From Sarea resinae (taxonomy: Eukaryota), in assembly GCA_026026165.1 (NCBI GenBank), contig JAPEUD010000070.1, positions 62,001-125,723 of the forward strand: DNA of 63,723 nucleotides, written 5' to 3'. Numbering within the stretch: the stretch's first letter is position 1; each line of letters opens with the position of its first letter. Positions 25,479 through 38,837 of the stretch are shown here, piece after piece. The notes under the pieces were generated by a model. That model was not told the DNA's origin. It saw nothing but the letters and a program-made list of their open reading frames with translations, and did not search any database. The translations under genes were made by a program, and so were the position numbers.

Positions 25479-27096
25479 ATGACGACTCAATCTACGACCG
25501 AGTCCATACCCAATCCCCCGACCAAACCATCATGGCTACAGTTCTTCGTCGTCGTCTACCCGCTAATGCTCTTCTCCAATCAGCTCGTTGCCTTGGTGCA
25601 ATGGCCGCCTTCACCGCCCTTCAGCCGTAACGTAACGAACGGGTGGCGCGTCCTCTCCGCGATCATGATCAGCGGCCAATGGATGCTCGCGGTCTGGCAA
25701 CTGAAGTACCTCACGGATGACTCCTCTCGCATCATGGGAATCAGTACCCTCTGGTCCCAGGCCCTGGCGACGGTGGAGAAGGTTTTGTTTGCGAGTCCGC
25801 GCGGTCCCCACTGGGATTACTGGCAGGTTGTCGATGTGCGCGAGCCTAGGACCCGGCCCCGTTCCCTGGTGCTCGCTGGACCCTCTTCTCTGTCTCTGTC
25901 CCAGCGGCTCAAATGGGCCCTGGGCTTGATCTTCAATCCGCGGGGCATCGGCTGGAATTTCCAGCTGAAGCACGTATCCGCAGTCAACCCTTCCAGGCTC
26001 GCCCTCATCGTCGGCCGTACCAAAGCCTTGTTCTGGACTGTGCTACTAGTGGATCTTTCTACTCAGGTCACGCTCCGGACATCTTTCGCGTCGTCCCATG
26101 GCTCGGTGGGAAAGATTGACAGCAGACACATTACGCTCCGCGATCCGAATTTCGTCCGGGGCTTCACGAGGACGTTGGCGTTTGGCTCCAGCGCTTACTT
26201 GTACATGAGCATGACGCACCTCTTGACGTCGATCGTTGCCGTCGGAACGGGACTCAGCGCGCCCCAGGTAAGCTCCTACCAAAACTTGTCTATTGGCTTT
26301 CCCTTGTATTGAAGGATAAAACTAGGACTGGCCGCCTCTGTTTGGCAAACTATCCGACGTCAAAAGCGTGCGTCGATTCTGGTGTCGATTCTGGCATCAA
26401 TTACTGCGCAAGGTAGGTCGGCCACCCAGACTCGAGAAAGAAGAAGAAGAAAAAGAAGACCCCAGCACGCATGCATGCGTGCCTATACGCATCTCTATCG
26501 CGACACGACAGAGCTGATCTAGACCCCCATCGTGACTAAAACAGGCACTCGAAGGCTTCACGGGCGCTTTCACAGACATGCTAGGCTGTCAACGCGGGAC
26601 CCGCCTCGCGGCCTCCATCCAGCTCTGGACCGCCTTCACCATCTCGGGCTTCCTGCACGCCGTGCAGATGCTCGCCCTCCCTGTCCCGCCTTCTGCCTCG
26701 GGCCTGACTCTCTCGGACCGCTCCATGGGCTTTTTCTACTTCTTCGTTCTCCAGGCCGCCGCTATTACTGTCGAGGATGTGTTCATGGGGCTGTATGGGC
26801 GCTATTTCGGGCGTGGTGGTAGTGGTGGGAAGACCATTGGAAGGAAGGAAAAGACTCGCGGCTCGGATACTTCCACTGCTGCTTCTACTAACACTTCTCC
26901 TTCCCCTGCTACAACCGCTTCCACCTCCAGCCCTTCTCGGCCATGGACCACATACTTGGGCTACTTCTGGGTCACAGCCTGGTTTTGGTTTTCGATCCCC
27001 TTTGCCGGCGACCTGCTACTGCGCCTGCGCCTCGGCGACAAGGATATCTTCCCCGTCTCTCCGGCCAAACTGGCTCTAGACCAGCTCGGCCTATAA
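25479..27096 (+). CDS. Membrane-bound O-acyltransferase (MBOAT_2 / wax synthase, TRI7-like); exons ~25479..26267, 26326..26412, ~26545..27096
   Basis: NPRGIGWNFQ, DWPPLFG..VRRFW.RFWHQLLR, FTISGFLH, FFVLQAAAITVED, LGYFWV.AWF motifs. Confidence 0.88.
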
Positions 27097-27198
27097 GACT
27101 AGCTCGAGAGACATTCGGTGAGGTGAAGAGAATGCATTGATAGATAGAATGGCAGCTAGGAACGGGGACAGGGACAGAGACAGGGGTAGGATAGAAGA

Positions 27199-27201
<3 letters not shown>

Positions 27202-27235
<34 letters not shown>
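27202..27235. repeat. (GA)n microsatellite
   Basis: About 17 GA units. Confidence 0.95.
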
Positions 27236-27238
<3 letters not shown>

Positions 27239-28696
27239 TATCAACACCACAGCCAGCCATCGAACGCCAGTCGCCACAGATAGATAAACCCCCTATCATC
27301 TGTCCACGCTTCCAAACTGCCAAGACGCCTGGCACCACCACCATCACCACCACCGAGCCCCCTCTGATTCAACTCTCTGACACGCCAAGCACGCCAAAGT
27401 CAGGAAATATCTTCGGGGGTGATTGAAAGCGTTTATAGGGGCTAGGACTAAAGGGCCTAAAGGAGCTAAAGGGGGTCTGCGTCATGCATCGTCTAGCACT
27501 CTTTTGCTCGTTAACGGCATGTATATATATATATATATGTATGGCCCGGTAGTGTGCGTAGTAGCATTATCAATCAATCAATCCATCAGCCGGCTTACCA
27601 CTCCTGCTCGTGCTCTTCCCTCCCGTTATCCTACTTCTAGTCAACTATGTAAATCCGATATTTCCTTGCTTTTGTTTCCTTTCCTTTCCTTCGCTCACCA
27701 CTTTTTATGATTATCCCTCTCCTATCCATTTCCTCCTTTTCCCCTTTCCCATTTGCCTTTTTCTCCGTCTTCTATATTCCGCCCCCCTCCCCTGTTCATC
27801 CTATCTCGAACCCCCTAACCTCATCCCTCCCCGCCTGTCCCCCTTTCCCCTTTTCTTCCCATTTGGATCCCAGTGGCGGAATAGCATGTCTACCCCTTTT
27901 CCTCAGCGTATATATCTACTGGCGGATATCTATTCGGGCCTTCTGACCATACTGGGCGGAATTGCTTGTTCCTTTGTGGACGGATTGGGTCCATTTGTTC
28001 GTGGAGTTCCTTTGTTGGCTGTGTTGCTGGGGGCCTGGAGGGAGCCGCCAATCAATTGCAACGGACCTGGAAGATACCCCTGAGCTACAGCGGCACGGAT
28101 GAGGCTGTGATATGCACGTGCCATACAGTTCCTGGTCAATTTCGGAGATCCTCACCAACACCTTCATCTGCCGTAACCATTGACATAGAAGTGTTCTGAC
28201 CGGGCCATAGATGAGCTGCCACCGGATGAAGAGATTGTCAAGATGTTGACATCGTCAAGATCGTCAAGATCGTCAAGATCGTGGGCATCGTGGTGTATCG
28301 ATCGTAAACGTAAAGACATGACCGTAAGGCGTGCACCTAACCGTGAGAACGATTCAGTTCTAAAGTCTTCTTTTGGTACATGTGCAGTATCGATGCATTG
28401 AACGACAATTGAAAAGTAACCTGACGAGTACCGAGCAATGACCAGCTCAGTGAGAGTAGCACATCCGGGGCTCCAACACCACGGGAACGGCGTCGGCCCG
28501 CACTTGGAAGCGGAAGCCCTTCAATTCGGGGACGCTACCGTAGGTGGTCTTCATTAGGGCCATCTATCCCAATTAGAGCTCGTCGCCGGCACAACATCAT
28601 CTCCTACCACAGGGCATCATCATCACCAATCTCTCTTTCTCACGCAACACCACAACCACCACCCAGTATCCAGGGCATTGCTTCACCACTCTCGTC

Positions 28697-29665
28697 ATGC
28701 CTCCTCCACCAACCCCCCAGCGTCGCTCTCCAGAGGTCCTGCCCCGAATCATCTACTACCACCAAACGCACTACTTGAACTCCAACTTCGTCTCCGTCCT
28801 GCCCCTCCTCCAGCAGAACAGTCCCGTCACGCACATCATCATCGCCGCCATCCACCTCAACGCCCCAAACCCAGACCTCATCACCCTGAACAACGACCCC
28901 TACGACGCGCCCCCACACGCTCCGCTCTGGAACGAAGTCCGCACCCTGCAGTCGCGTGGCATCAAATGCCTGGGCATGCTCGGCGGCGCGTGTCCCGGCT
29001 CCTTCAAGATCCTCGATGCCGACGAACAGACGTTCCGCACATACTACGAGCCGCTGCGGAAGATGATCGCGTGGTGCCAATTCGACGGCCTGGACCTCGA
29101 TGTCGAAGAGCCCACGTCCCTGCCCGGCATCATCCGTCTCATCGACTACTTGAAATCGGACTTTGGCCCGTCGTTTCTCATCACGCTGGCACCCGTCGCC
29201 TCGGCGCTCAAGGGCGGGCCTCATCTCTCGGGCTTCTCGTACTTTGATCTGGAAAAGGCCATGGGGCGGCATATCAGCTGGTACAACACGCAATTCTACT
29301 GCGGGTGGGGCAGCATGGACAGCGTGGAGGATTACGAGGAGGTTCTCTTCCGCGGCTGGTTGCCGCACAAAGTTGTCGTGGGTCTGGTGACGAACCCCGC
29401 GAATGGCGCCGGCTGGGTGCACGATGAGCTTTTGAGGGGCAGTCTGGGTGTCTTGAGGGACTTGGGCGGCTTTGGAGGTGTGTTTGGGTGGGAGTGGTTC
29501 AATTCTGTTACGGCTGCAGGGGGCCAGGCGGAGGGGCCGTGGGGATGGGCGAGATTGATGGGCGAGATCCTGGGGGTGGACCAGAGGCGGCCGAACCGGA
29601 TCTCCAGGGAGGAGAGTGCATTGAAGGCCGATGCGATGAAGAGGGTTGGAGGGAGTGCTCCTTGA
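28697..29665 (+). CDS. GH18 glycoside hydrolase, Endo T/Eng18B-like endo-beta-N-acetylglucosaminidase, no signal peptide
   Basis: Catalytic DGLDLDVEE motif, GMLGGA, ITLAPVA, WYNTQFYCGWG; N-terminus is not hydrophobic. Confidence 0.82.
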   Translation: MPPPPTPQRRSPEVLPRIIYYHQTHYLNSNFVSVLPLLQQNSPVTHIIIAAIHLNAPNPDLITLNNDPYDAPPHAPLWNEVRTLQSRGIKCLGMLGGACPGSFKILDADEQTFRTYYEPLRKMIAWCQFDGLDLDVEEPTSLPGIIRLIDYLKSDFGPSFLITLAPVASALKGGPHLSGFSYFDLEKAMGRHISWYNTQFYCGWGSMDSVEDYEEVLFRGWLPHKVVVGLVTNPANGAGWVHDELLRGSLGVLRDLGGFGGVFGWEWFNSVTAAGGQAEGPWGWARLMGEILGVDQRRPNRISREESALKADAMKRVGGSAP

Positions 29666-30456
29666 GGCGCGATCGAGCGAAGGAAAGAGTGACTACGGCC
29701 GTCCACAACGGCCACCCTCAACCTCTACAGAGATTCTCTGGTTCACACCGACGGAACCATTCGCCCTGCCCAAACCGTTCTTCTCCAGCAGCACAATAGC
29801 CAACCAGCCGGCCAGCAACCAAATGGACAGAAAACTACACGACGCCCTCATGCAAAAGACCTACAACCACACCCGCCACACCACAGACCGCACTATCAAG
29901 CATCCCTCTCCCCCAAAGGCTCAAACATCACCATCTCTTTCAAGCAATCCGATCGCAACCCGAAACACATCATACGCGCTACGTCCGTCCAGCCCCGCGG
30001 CCAGTCGTGGAATCTCCACACGCTTTCAATTGTCTGTTGGCTTCATCTTCAGAGCATCTATTACGCGTCCGGACAGACTTTCTGATCGTGCACGCTTATG
30101 CCCAAGCTTCAGTGGTCGGTGCTGGGATCTATCATCTGGAGAGGAGAAGTCTGGAAATCTTGGGCTGCGCCGGGGACGAGAGGGTGGTTGGGTATGGTGA
30201 ATCCAGAGAACGATAAAACCTTCGTTTGGCCTGGTCGTGGGATTTGGTCTTCACGTTGGGCGAATAGATAACCGGCTCTGATCGCAGCGAGTGCATCGAG
30301 CTAGTCATAGTAGGAGGGCTCTTTGGACACGAGTGGGGGACGATCGATAAAGGCACTCTACGCTATGCATCACTCAACGCTGTCTCGATTGAAGCTTTTA
30401 CTCGCAGTCATATAGAAACCCTGCCCGCAACCTACCAAGCAAATCAATGAAATCGC

Positions 30457-31414
30457 TCAAGACAAGAACTTATTAAACCACTCGATGCCCTGCTGTTCGG
30501 CCTCATCCATCGCCTTGCGATCCTTCTCACTGCTCCAATCGCCCCGGAGCGCGAACCCATGGACCTGATCCTCATAGATGCGCAACTCATGCGGCAGGTC
30601 CGTCTTCTTGGCCATGAGATCCTGGATCTGGCCCACGGTGCCCATGTCGAGCAGACTGTCCTTGTCGCCGACCGCCAGGCTCAGCGGCTTCGTGACGCCC
30701 TCGAAATCAGCCGGCACGGCCACCAGGGACGGATGACAGGCGTAGGCGGCGTCGACGCCCTGCTTGCCCGGCTCGGGCGTATGCGCGGCCAGGATGGCGT
30801 AGCGGCCGCCCCAGCAGAAGCCGATGGCGCCGACCTTGTTGGTGCCGGGCACGTAGCGCACCGCGTTGATGAAGCCGTCGATCAGCGGTTTCGACACGGC
30901 CTCGCGGTGGCCGATGAGCCAGGGCCCGAGCGTCGCCGCCACCGATGCCGTCTTCGTGCCCTTTTCCACCAGCGTGAGCTGCTCGCGCGTCTTTAGTGGC
31001 GGCTCTACATCTTGCAGGAATTCGATCCGCAGCGAGTCGTTCTCGTGCACGTCCGGCACGTATACGTAGAAGCCGGCTTTGGCGTATTCGTCGGCGAGCA
31101 GTCGCGTGTTTTTGAATTCCCAGCCGAAGACTGTGCGCGTGGGAGCGGTATTGTCAGTCATGCGCCACCAGCGAGAGGAGTAGGGGGGGCGGGGGAGCGG
31201 GGGGTGGTGAGTTGGTTTATGTGGTTGGTAGGTAGGTTGGCTGGTTGGCTGACTTACTGTCGACGAGGAATACGATGGATTTCTCTTTGGACTTGCTCTC
31301 CGGCTCGCTCACGTAAGTGCGCAGCCCACCGATGGTGTCAACGTGCCCTTTCGGCGTGCCGTCGTGGAGTTTGCCGGAGAGGCAGCAGCTGCTCATTCCG
31401 ACGCCGGTGGACAT
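30457..31414 (-). CDS. Dienelactone hydrolase family protein; join(31414..31258,31130..30457)
   Basis: CCLSG..H.GTP.G N-terminus, GFCWGG nucleophile motif, HGFALRGD. Confidence 0.92.
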
Positions 31415-31824
31415 GATGATGGTAGTGGCAGATGAATCGAAGCTGAATTGAAGAGTGAAAGAAGAATGGCTTCGGTGGGATTTTTGATGTCAGTGATTGA
31501 GTGAGTGGGTGATTGACTAGTAGTCGATCATGTGGAGATGAGAACGTGGTGCCTTATTTACTACCTGACTTCCAATTCCAGGTGAAGGTGTCCCTCACTT
31601 CCAATCGTGGGTATGACGTCGTTGGACATTTGATGATGCGCTCGCTTATCTGCCCTGCCCTGCCCGAGATCCATGGCATCTCGGAGTAGCATGATCGATG
31701 TTGATTCTCCTATCTTATCAGATGCATCTGTCCCCAAACATCGACCCTCATCCCACCACACTTAAGCCTCCCAAAGTGATATACACCCCGGAAACAACAA
31801 TACAACAAACACAATGCTTGCCAA

Positions 31825-32973
31825 ATGGCAACCCCGATCCCCTCGGCGCTGATCACAGGCGGCTGCGGCTTCGTCGGCCGCGCCATAGTCCAGCGCCTCA
31901 CCACCACGCACCCCGAAACAAGCATCACCGTGCTGGACCTGCGCGCCCCATCCACCGACGCCGCTATCCCTGGCGTCGACCACATCTCCGCCGACATCAC
32001 CTCGGCCTCCCGCATGACCGACATCCTGCAAGCCGTCCACCCCACCCTCGTCATCCATACCGCCGGCATCGTACCAGCAGGGTCGTCCCGCTACGCGCCC
32101 ACGTCCGCCGAGAGAGAGGCCGTAAAGCGCGTCAACATCGAGGGAACCCGGACCACGCTTCGCGCTGCCCAAGCCGCGGGCGCCACGGCATTCGTCTACA
32201 CGTCCTCATGCACGGTGGTCACAGACGACGTCCGCACCGCGCTCCCGCACATGACCGAGGCGCTCCCGACGGGCTTCGCGACGCTGGTCTACGGGGCCTC
32301 CAAGGCCGCCGCCGAGGCGCTCGTGCTGGCCGCCTCGTCGAGACCCGCCCCCGGCAGCGGCGGCGGCTTCTCCACCTGCGCCTTGAGGCCCAGCATGGTG
32401 TTCGGCCCCGGCGACACGCAGGTCCTGCCGCCCATCCACGCCTGCATCGCCGCGGCCCAGACCCCGTTTGTGCTGGGCGATGGCGAGAATCTGTATGATT
32501 TCACGCACGTGGAGAACGTGGCGCACGCGCATGTTTTGGCGGCCGAGAACCTGCTACGCCATGCCAACGACCGCGCTTCGGGTCGAGGGAAAGCCGTTTC
32601 TGCGGCGGCGGGAGAGGCCTTCTTCATCTCCAACGCTGAGCCCGTGCCCTTTCGTGATTTCTGCCTCGCCGTCTGGGCCGAGTTCGGTCATGTACCGCCA
32701 TATACTGTGTATATCCCCGCGTCGGTGGCATGGTGGGCCGGGTACGCGGCCGAGTGGCTCATGCGGGGTGCTACGTGGCTGACGGGGACGAAGAAGACTG
32801 CAGCGTTGAGTCGCGGAGCAGTGGAAGATGCGTGTGGGGTGCGGTATGCCTGTATCGAGAAAGCGAGGGCGACATTGGGGTATGTGCCTATCATTGGCCT
32901 TGTGGAGGGGCTGCGAGAGAGTTGTCGGGAGTATAAGGAACGCTTGAAAACTGCAGAGGGAAAGAGGGGCTAA
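31825..32973 (+). CDS. 3-beta-hydroxysteroid dehydrogenase/decarboxylase family (ERG26-like extended SDR)
   Basis: TGGCGFVG Rossmann motif, YTSS, YGASK catalytic motif, GDGENLYDFTHVENVAHAH. Confidence 0.85.
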   Translation: MATPIPSALITGGCGFVGRAIVQRLTTTHPETSITVLDLRAPSTDAAIPGVDHISADITSASRMTDILQAVHPTLVIHTAGIVPAGSSRYAPTSAEREAVKRVNIEGTRTTLRAAQAAGATAFVYTSSCTVVTDDVRTALPHMTEALPTGFATLVYGASKAAAEALVLAASSRPAPGSGGGFSTCALRPSMVFGPGDTQVLPPIHACIAAAQTPFVLGDGENLYDFTHVENVAHAHVLAAENLLRHANDRASGRGKAVSAAAGEAFFISNAEPVPFRDFCLAVWAEFGHVPPYTVYIPASVAWWAGYAAEWLMRGATWLTGTKKTAALSRGAVEDACGVRYACIEKARATLGYVPIIGLVEGLRESCREYKERLKTAEGKRG

Positions 32974-33269
32974 GGGTTTGCAAGGTGGGCATATATCGGC
33001 GTATTTGTAGTATACCCGATCTATCATTCGAGTGGCAGATCATCTTGTTCGGAGTTCCGTTCGGCAGGCGTTCTGTGTTAGCATATGATATAGTTGATAA
33101 CATCAAAAGCTTGATGGTTTGAACAGTGATTTGGTTTGGTACTATATAGTTGATCTCCAGGTGACGCCTCCAGAGCCCGAATGGAATATCCACCAAGATG
33201 CAAAGCCCCGTTTTCCAGCCCAACGCCTCGCTACTCGATGCCTTCAACGCCGAAAGTCCCGTCTAATCA

Positions 33270-34038
33270 TCAATGCTCCTTCTCAAAGGTCTTCTGGATA
33301 GGTTTCGCGGCCTGTCTCGCGTTAGTATCTATCACGCATGCTCACAGGATCGGTCAGACATACGTCGATGAACTTCTCGAGATCGTTATCGAGATTCGCC
33401 AGGTCGTCCTTGCGTTTCTTGTTGTCGGCGATCAGACCTTGTTTTTTCTTCAGCAGGCCCTGGCGTTGTTGCTCGAGGGCTTCGCGCTCGGCGTGTTCGT
33501 GGTTGATACGCGCGATCATCAGCGTATTCTCGTCCGCATCGGAGAGATCTGGACGGATGGCGAGGAAGTCGGCCACGGGCAGAAGTGGCAGGGCTTGGTA
33601 TTTGTGACTGCGATCACGGAAAGCAAAGGAGTCAGCAGTGGGTTTGGGGCATGGTCATAGATGGAATTGGTCTTTGGTCTCGTACTCGTAGGATTCACAC
33701 GCCGCGATCTCGCCTCGCAGATGTCGCTGCTCGTAGTAGAGGTTCTGCAGCTGCAGATGCAGGCGGTCGATCTCCTGGCGGGCTTCGGCGGTTGATTGCT
33801 TGGTGGCGCGCACGGCGAGGATGGCGTCGCGATTGAGCCCTCGCAGCTGGGCTAGGTGCGAGTAGAGTTGTTTCTGTTGGCGGGAGAATTCGAGTGGGCT
33901 CGTGCCGGTGGTGGAGCTGGAGCTGGCGTCTGTGGTTTCGGCCAGGTCGAGGAGCGAGAGACAGGCTTGGCGGGTCTGCGAGGAGCTGGCCAGGACGGAG
34001 AGGAGGAAGGGGTCGGATATGGTCTCGGAGACGGCCAT
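33270..34038 (-). CDS. THOC5: THO complex subunit 5 (Fms-interacting protein domain), 3 exons
   Basis: LRGLNRDA..TAEARQEIDRLHLQLQNLYYEQRHLRGEIAACESY; later ARINHEHAER; last exon AAKPIQKTFEKEH*. Confidence 0.8.
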
Positions 34039-35064
34039 GATGAATGCTGGTTGCGTGCCTTTGATGTTGGGGGCCGATGGGTTGGATTGAGGTCGAATGA
34101 TCGGATAGTGTCCTCGCTCTCGTTCTCGAGGCACGCCTAGTCCATGTGTTGAGGGCATTGGAGGTACCGTCCAGTACGTAGTACTTTCCCTTGTTCAACG
34201 TTGATCGGAGATTGCCGATTCATACCTCGGACACCCATCGTCCCGCCGTATCTGATCAGATTGCCAGATTGCCCGTCGCTGGACCAGTCAGTGCACCGAT
34301 GGGCAACACGGGAATCGTTGACGGTCTAATTGGTAGCGTTAGGGTCACGGCGTGGACGTGCAATTGGATGGGAACGAGGAGAACGAGGAGAGCGAGGAGA
34401 ACGAGGACAATGGCTGATCCCCACTGCTCTGCAATGATGCCCCTCGATCTACTGTGAGTACACCATCTGCACAACTTGCCCCTCTATGATTCTCGTCATT
34501 CTTATTACCTGATTAATACCATCCATGCCCATCCCCGTCTTCGTCCCTCCGAGTACTTCGTCTTCGCAGCAGCCCATCGTGTGTGATCATGTACCTCGTC
34601 CCTCCTGTGGGGTTGGCAGCATCCGACCGATGGATCTCTTCCAGCTCTCAACCCCAATGATCTCGTTACCGAGCTCGTCCCTACTACGTAGCCATCCCGC
34701 CTATCTCTCTCTCTCGCTCTCTCTGCTGTCGGGTCCCCTCTCGCTGCTGCTTTTCGTCTCTTCTCGCCTCGACTCGTCTGCTTTGTATTCTTTTCTCCTC
34801 CACCACCGCCGTCATCTTCCTCTCGTTCCCGTCTTTCAACTTTCGACCTTGTCCTTCTCCACTCTCTCTCTCTCTCTCTCTCTGCTCAGCCATCACTCTC
34901 CACTCTTGACATTCCTTCAAAAGTGATACATGTCCACACACGATAACTATTCCACTTCTCCCTCTTCCCGTGATATTCTCACGTCCACTCTCTACCAGCA
35001 TAAACATTCCAGTCTCTTCTGAAGTCGCTGTTCGCCTCGTCTGGATCACGCCAAATCCCTACCC

Positions 35065-36633
35065 ATGGCTTGCTCATCTGGCTCGCTGACCGTCGAATCC
35101 TACGAGGAGCCCATCATTGCCCACGATGTCGCACCGTCGACCGCATCAACCACGGGCAGCCAAGCCAGCGGAGAGGTCATCCACCGGAGAAGACATTCGT
35201 CGTACAATCCTCGTCGACGACTGTCCGAATCCCATGACCATGATTCCATCCACTTAAAAGTGCGCACGGCAATGGTTGTCAGTTCCGAATATTACTGACA
35301 GTCTTACCTGCAGGTCGACAAGTTCCTGGCCGAACTTGAACGTCGCCTCGACTTTCTCGAGCGATACGGCAATCTCAAGGTCGAAGAGGGTATCAACCGA
35401 GCATACTCGACTTTACATGCCGTTCGAGATTCGTGTTCGTATGCTTCGGGTGAAGTCATTGGTGTGGGTAAGCGGAGGACGCAAATTCTCGTGGACACTC
35501 TCGAAGAACGCTACAAGGGTGCAATAGCGACAAAGGACTCGATGGAGGGAAAGGTGCAGGTGGGCATTCGGCTCATGGAAGGACTTCTGGCGGATTTCGA
35601 AGGACGAGCGTATGCCATGCGCGATGCGGGCATGGGGTCGGCTGGCGATTTGCTCGATAGCAGCCGACGGCGTGTCGACGAGGGACTCGAGAGAGCCAAG
35701 GAGGTTGTGGATGAGGGGTTCGAAAAGGCAAAGCGAGCCAAGGATAGCATGAAGGAGAGTGTCGAGAGCGCCATCAAGCGAGCCCGAGAGCATGGCCTGC
35801 TCAAATACGAGGACCTCCCCGATCCATGGCGCGTCAACCCACATATCCTTGGCGGCTACCGCTTCAAGGAGACCAAGATCGACTGCATCCGTTCGGTCCT
35901 GAGCATCTCCAACGAGATGGTCAACATCTGGTCACATCTCCTCGGTCTCATCGTCGTATTGACCATCGCTTTTTACTTCTATCCCACCAGCGTCAACTTT
36001 TCCGCTTCCACCAAATCCGACATCTGCATCGCCGCCGTCTTCTTCTTTGCCGCCTGCAAGTGCCTGGTCTGCAGCACCATGTGGCACACCATGAACAGCA
36101 TCGCCGAGCAATCATTGATGGAACGATTTGCCTGTGTCGATTACACAGGTATCTCTCTGCTGATAGCTGCCTCGATCATGACGACGGAATATACGGCCTT
36201 TTACTGCGAGCCCTGGAGTCGCTGGACATATATGCTCACGACGGCCACCCTCGGCGTCGGCGGTGTCATCCTACCGTGGCACCCAACCTTCAACCGCTCT
36301 GACATGTCCTGGGCACGCGTCGCCTTCTACGTGTCTCTCGGCGCCACCGGGTTCATTCCATTCTTCCAATTGGCATGCACACGCGGTCTCGAATGGTCCT
36401 TTTACTTTTACTCTCCCGTTTTCAAGTCTCTGTTCGTCTATGTCCTCGGTGCGTGCATCTACGCGGGCAAAATCCCAGAGCGATGGTGGCCCGGCGGCTT
36501 CGATTACGTTGGTGGCAGTCATAATCTCTGGCATCTAGCCGTGCTCTGTGGGATCCTGTTCCATTACATGGCGATGCAAGATTTCTTCGCCAACGCGTTT
36601 CAGAGGGCTGCGAACGAGTGTTCGTTTGTCTGA
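35065..36633 (+). CDS. IZH3: PAQR/hemolysin III family receptor, IZH3-like; join(35065..35259,35314..36633)
   Basis: LP.PW..NPHI..GYR, NEMVNIWSH, STMWHT, DYTGI, PERWWPGGFDYVGGSHNLWH. Confidence 0.88.
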
Positions 36634-37606
36634 CCTCTTCCGTCGAGGACTTTTGCTTCTTGCTATCCTTCCTTTTGGCTGTTTCTTTTGGCAATGGCAT
36701 GGCCACGTCCTTGGGAGGCTTTTCTCATGAGCGACACGAGCGGATGAGCAGATGGGACATTTGAGTGCATTCAGATCGGTGTTGGTGGGTGGTGTTGTGC
36801 ATTTTCCTTTCTCTTCTTTGCTGCTGCTACGTACGTAGACGGGCGAGCTCACCTTTGTTGTCTTTGAACGGAGGTGGGTCGGACCACATTGCGTTGCTGG
36901 CTTGCCTGCACACTTAGAATAGTGCTCTATTGACCTAGACTATACCATGCCACCGCTGGTGCCTAGACTGCAATTCTATCGATAGATTATATCCATCGTA
37001 CCTGTCTCTTTGCTACCCTACCATGATCTTTCGTTCACCACATTAGTGTGTCTGATATTGACCATTTGATCTCTGGATGATTGAATTGCGGGACACGCAC
37101 CGCAACATCGACGAGCATGCGCTTCGCAGTCTCATGGTCAGGGTCTATCTTTGCATGACTGACCATTGCGAAATGATCGATTCGGGCTCTTGCCTGCTGA
37201 TGGATCATATTGACCTTTCAACCGCAAACAAAACGATAGTTTCCTTCTAGGCGATAGAACGAGAGCAAGCTGGCTTGACTTTGGTCCTTTTCTCTCCTCG
37301 AGCTCGTAGCTTCGTACCGGACAGATTGGCGAGCCCGCACGGATCGACGACGGAGATCCCTGCTTCCATCCGAATGTGAACGTCACCAAACAGTCAACGC
37401 ATCAACGGCCACCTCCACGGTTTTCCTTTGCGTGCCCCAGAGGAAGACCATCATGGCCTTACTTTAAATAATCCGCATCGGACATCAATTCGTCTGTCTC
37501 TTACACATCTGTCCCAAGATCTCCCACCCTTCTTTATCAGCCCTCAACCGCAACCATCTAACCGTGAACCTCCTCACCCGAAAATCATTCATCACGGCCG
37601 AACAAA

Positions 37607-38572
37607 ATGAAGGTCCCACGCCATTTCAACCACTTTCTCACAGCCACCACCACCACCCCTGTCCGCCAATCCATCCGCTCGTCTTCTATCCTGCCCAAAA
37701 ACGCCCTCTCAGTACTCTCGACCCAGCAGCAGCAGCGCCGACACTTCCTCCCTCCCCCCTGGGCGGCCGCGGAACCGCAAACGCTAACGGCCACACGCAC
37801 GCTGCCGCACGCGGCATCATCGCTATACAAGATCATCTCGGACGTGGCGTCGTACAGCGCCTTCGTGCCGTACTGCCAATCGTCGACGGTGACGCGCTGG
37901 TCGGCGCCGGACGCGCAGGGCCGCCGCTGGGCCTCGGAGGCCGACCTCAGCGTCGGATGGGGCGGCGTGCAGGAGAAATTCACGTCGAGGGTTTTCTGCG
38001 CGCCCGAGAGGGTCGTCGAGGCCGTCAGCGGCGAGGCCAAGCCGTCCCTGAAGGAGCACGAGATCCCACATCATTATGCCGACGCCGCCGTCGCCGAGGA
38101 GGCAGGGACTGAGCGCGTCAAGGACCGCGCCTCGTCACCGGCAGCGGGTGCGGCTGGAGCACGTAGTAGTGGTGGTCTAGGCGCTCTCTTCGGCTCCTCT
38201 TCCTCGTCGTCGTCTTCCAATACCCAGATCTTCACCTACCTTCTCACGCGCTGGGAAGTGCGGCCGTTCCCCTACAAGCCGCCCGCCACGTCGCCGAACG
38301 TGGTCGAGGGCTCGGCGTCGGCGCCCGCGAGGGAACAGACCGAGGTCAACCTCGTCGTCGAGTTCCAGTTCGCCAACCCGCTCTATGCGGCCATGAGCCG
38401 CGCCGTCGCGCCCAAGGTCGCCGGCCTGATGATCGATGCCTTTGAGAAGCGCGCCGAGGCGCTGCTTGGGAGGCCGGCGAGTGGTGCAGGGAGGGGATTG
38501 GGCGGCTCCGCGAAGACGCCTGGGACCATGGAGCGCATCGTCGGTGGCAGGGGACACACGGACGAGCCGTGA
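37607..38572 (+). CDS. COQ10: Coenzyme Q-binding START-domain protein, mitochondrial
   Basis: Arg/Ser-rich presequence; LYKIISDVASYSAFVPYC, ADLSVGWGGVQEKFTSRV, EFQFANPLY, MIDAFEKRA. Confidence 0.88.
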   Translation: MKVPRHFNHFLTATTTTPVRQSIRSSSILPKNALSVLSTQQQQRRHFLPPPWAAAEPQTLTATRTLPHAASSLYKIISDVASYSAFVPYCQSSTVTRWSAPDAQGRRWASEADLSVGWGGVQEKFTSRVFCAPERVVEAVSGEAKPSLKEHEIPHHYADAAVAEEAGTERVKDRASSPAAGAAGARSSGGLGALFGSSSSSSSSNTQIFTYLLTRWEVRPFPYKPPATSPNVVEGSASAPAREQTEVNLVVEFQFANPLYAAMSRAVAPKVAGLMIDAFEKRAEALLGRPASGAGRGLGGSAKTPGTMERIVGGRGHTDEP

Positions 38573-38837
38573 GAGGAGAAGGAGATATGCGGGGTGGAAG
38601 GGCGGCAAGGCTCGTTACGGGTGTGGTTTGTTTGCGTGCTTTGACTATAGACCTCGTTTGATTCTCAGGAGTCCCGTTAGACACGGTCACATTTACTGCC
38701 AATATCACACACACACCCACCCACATGGACAGAGAAAGAGAGAGAGCCCGTCAACTATGTATCATAATACACTATCTATAATACAGAGGTCCCATCAACA
38801 CTACACCAATGCAAACAACACAAGGCCCCTTCCTCCT

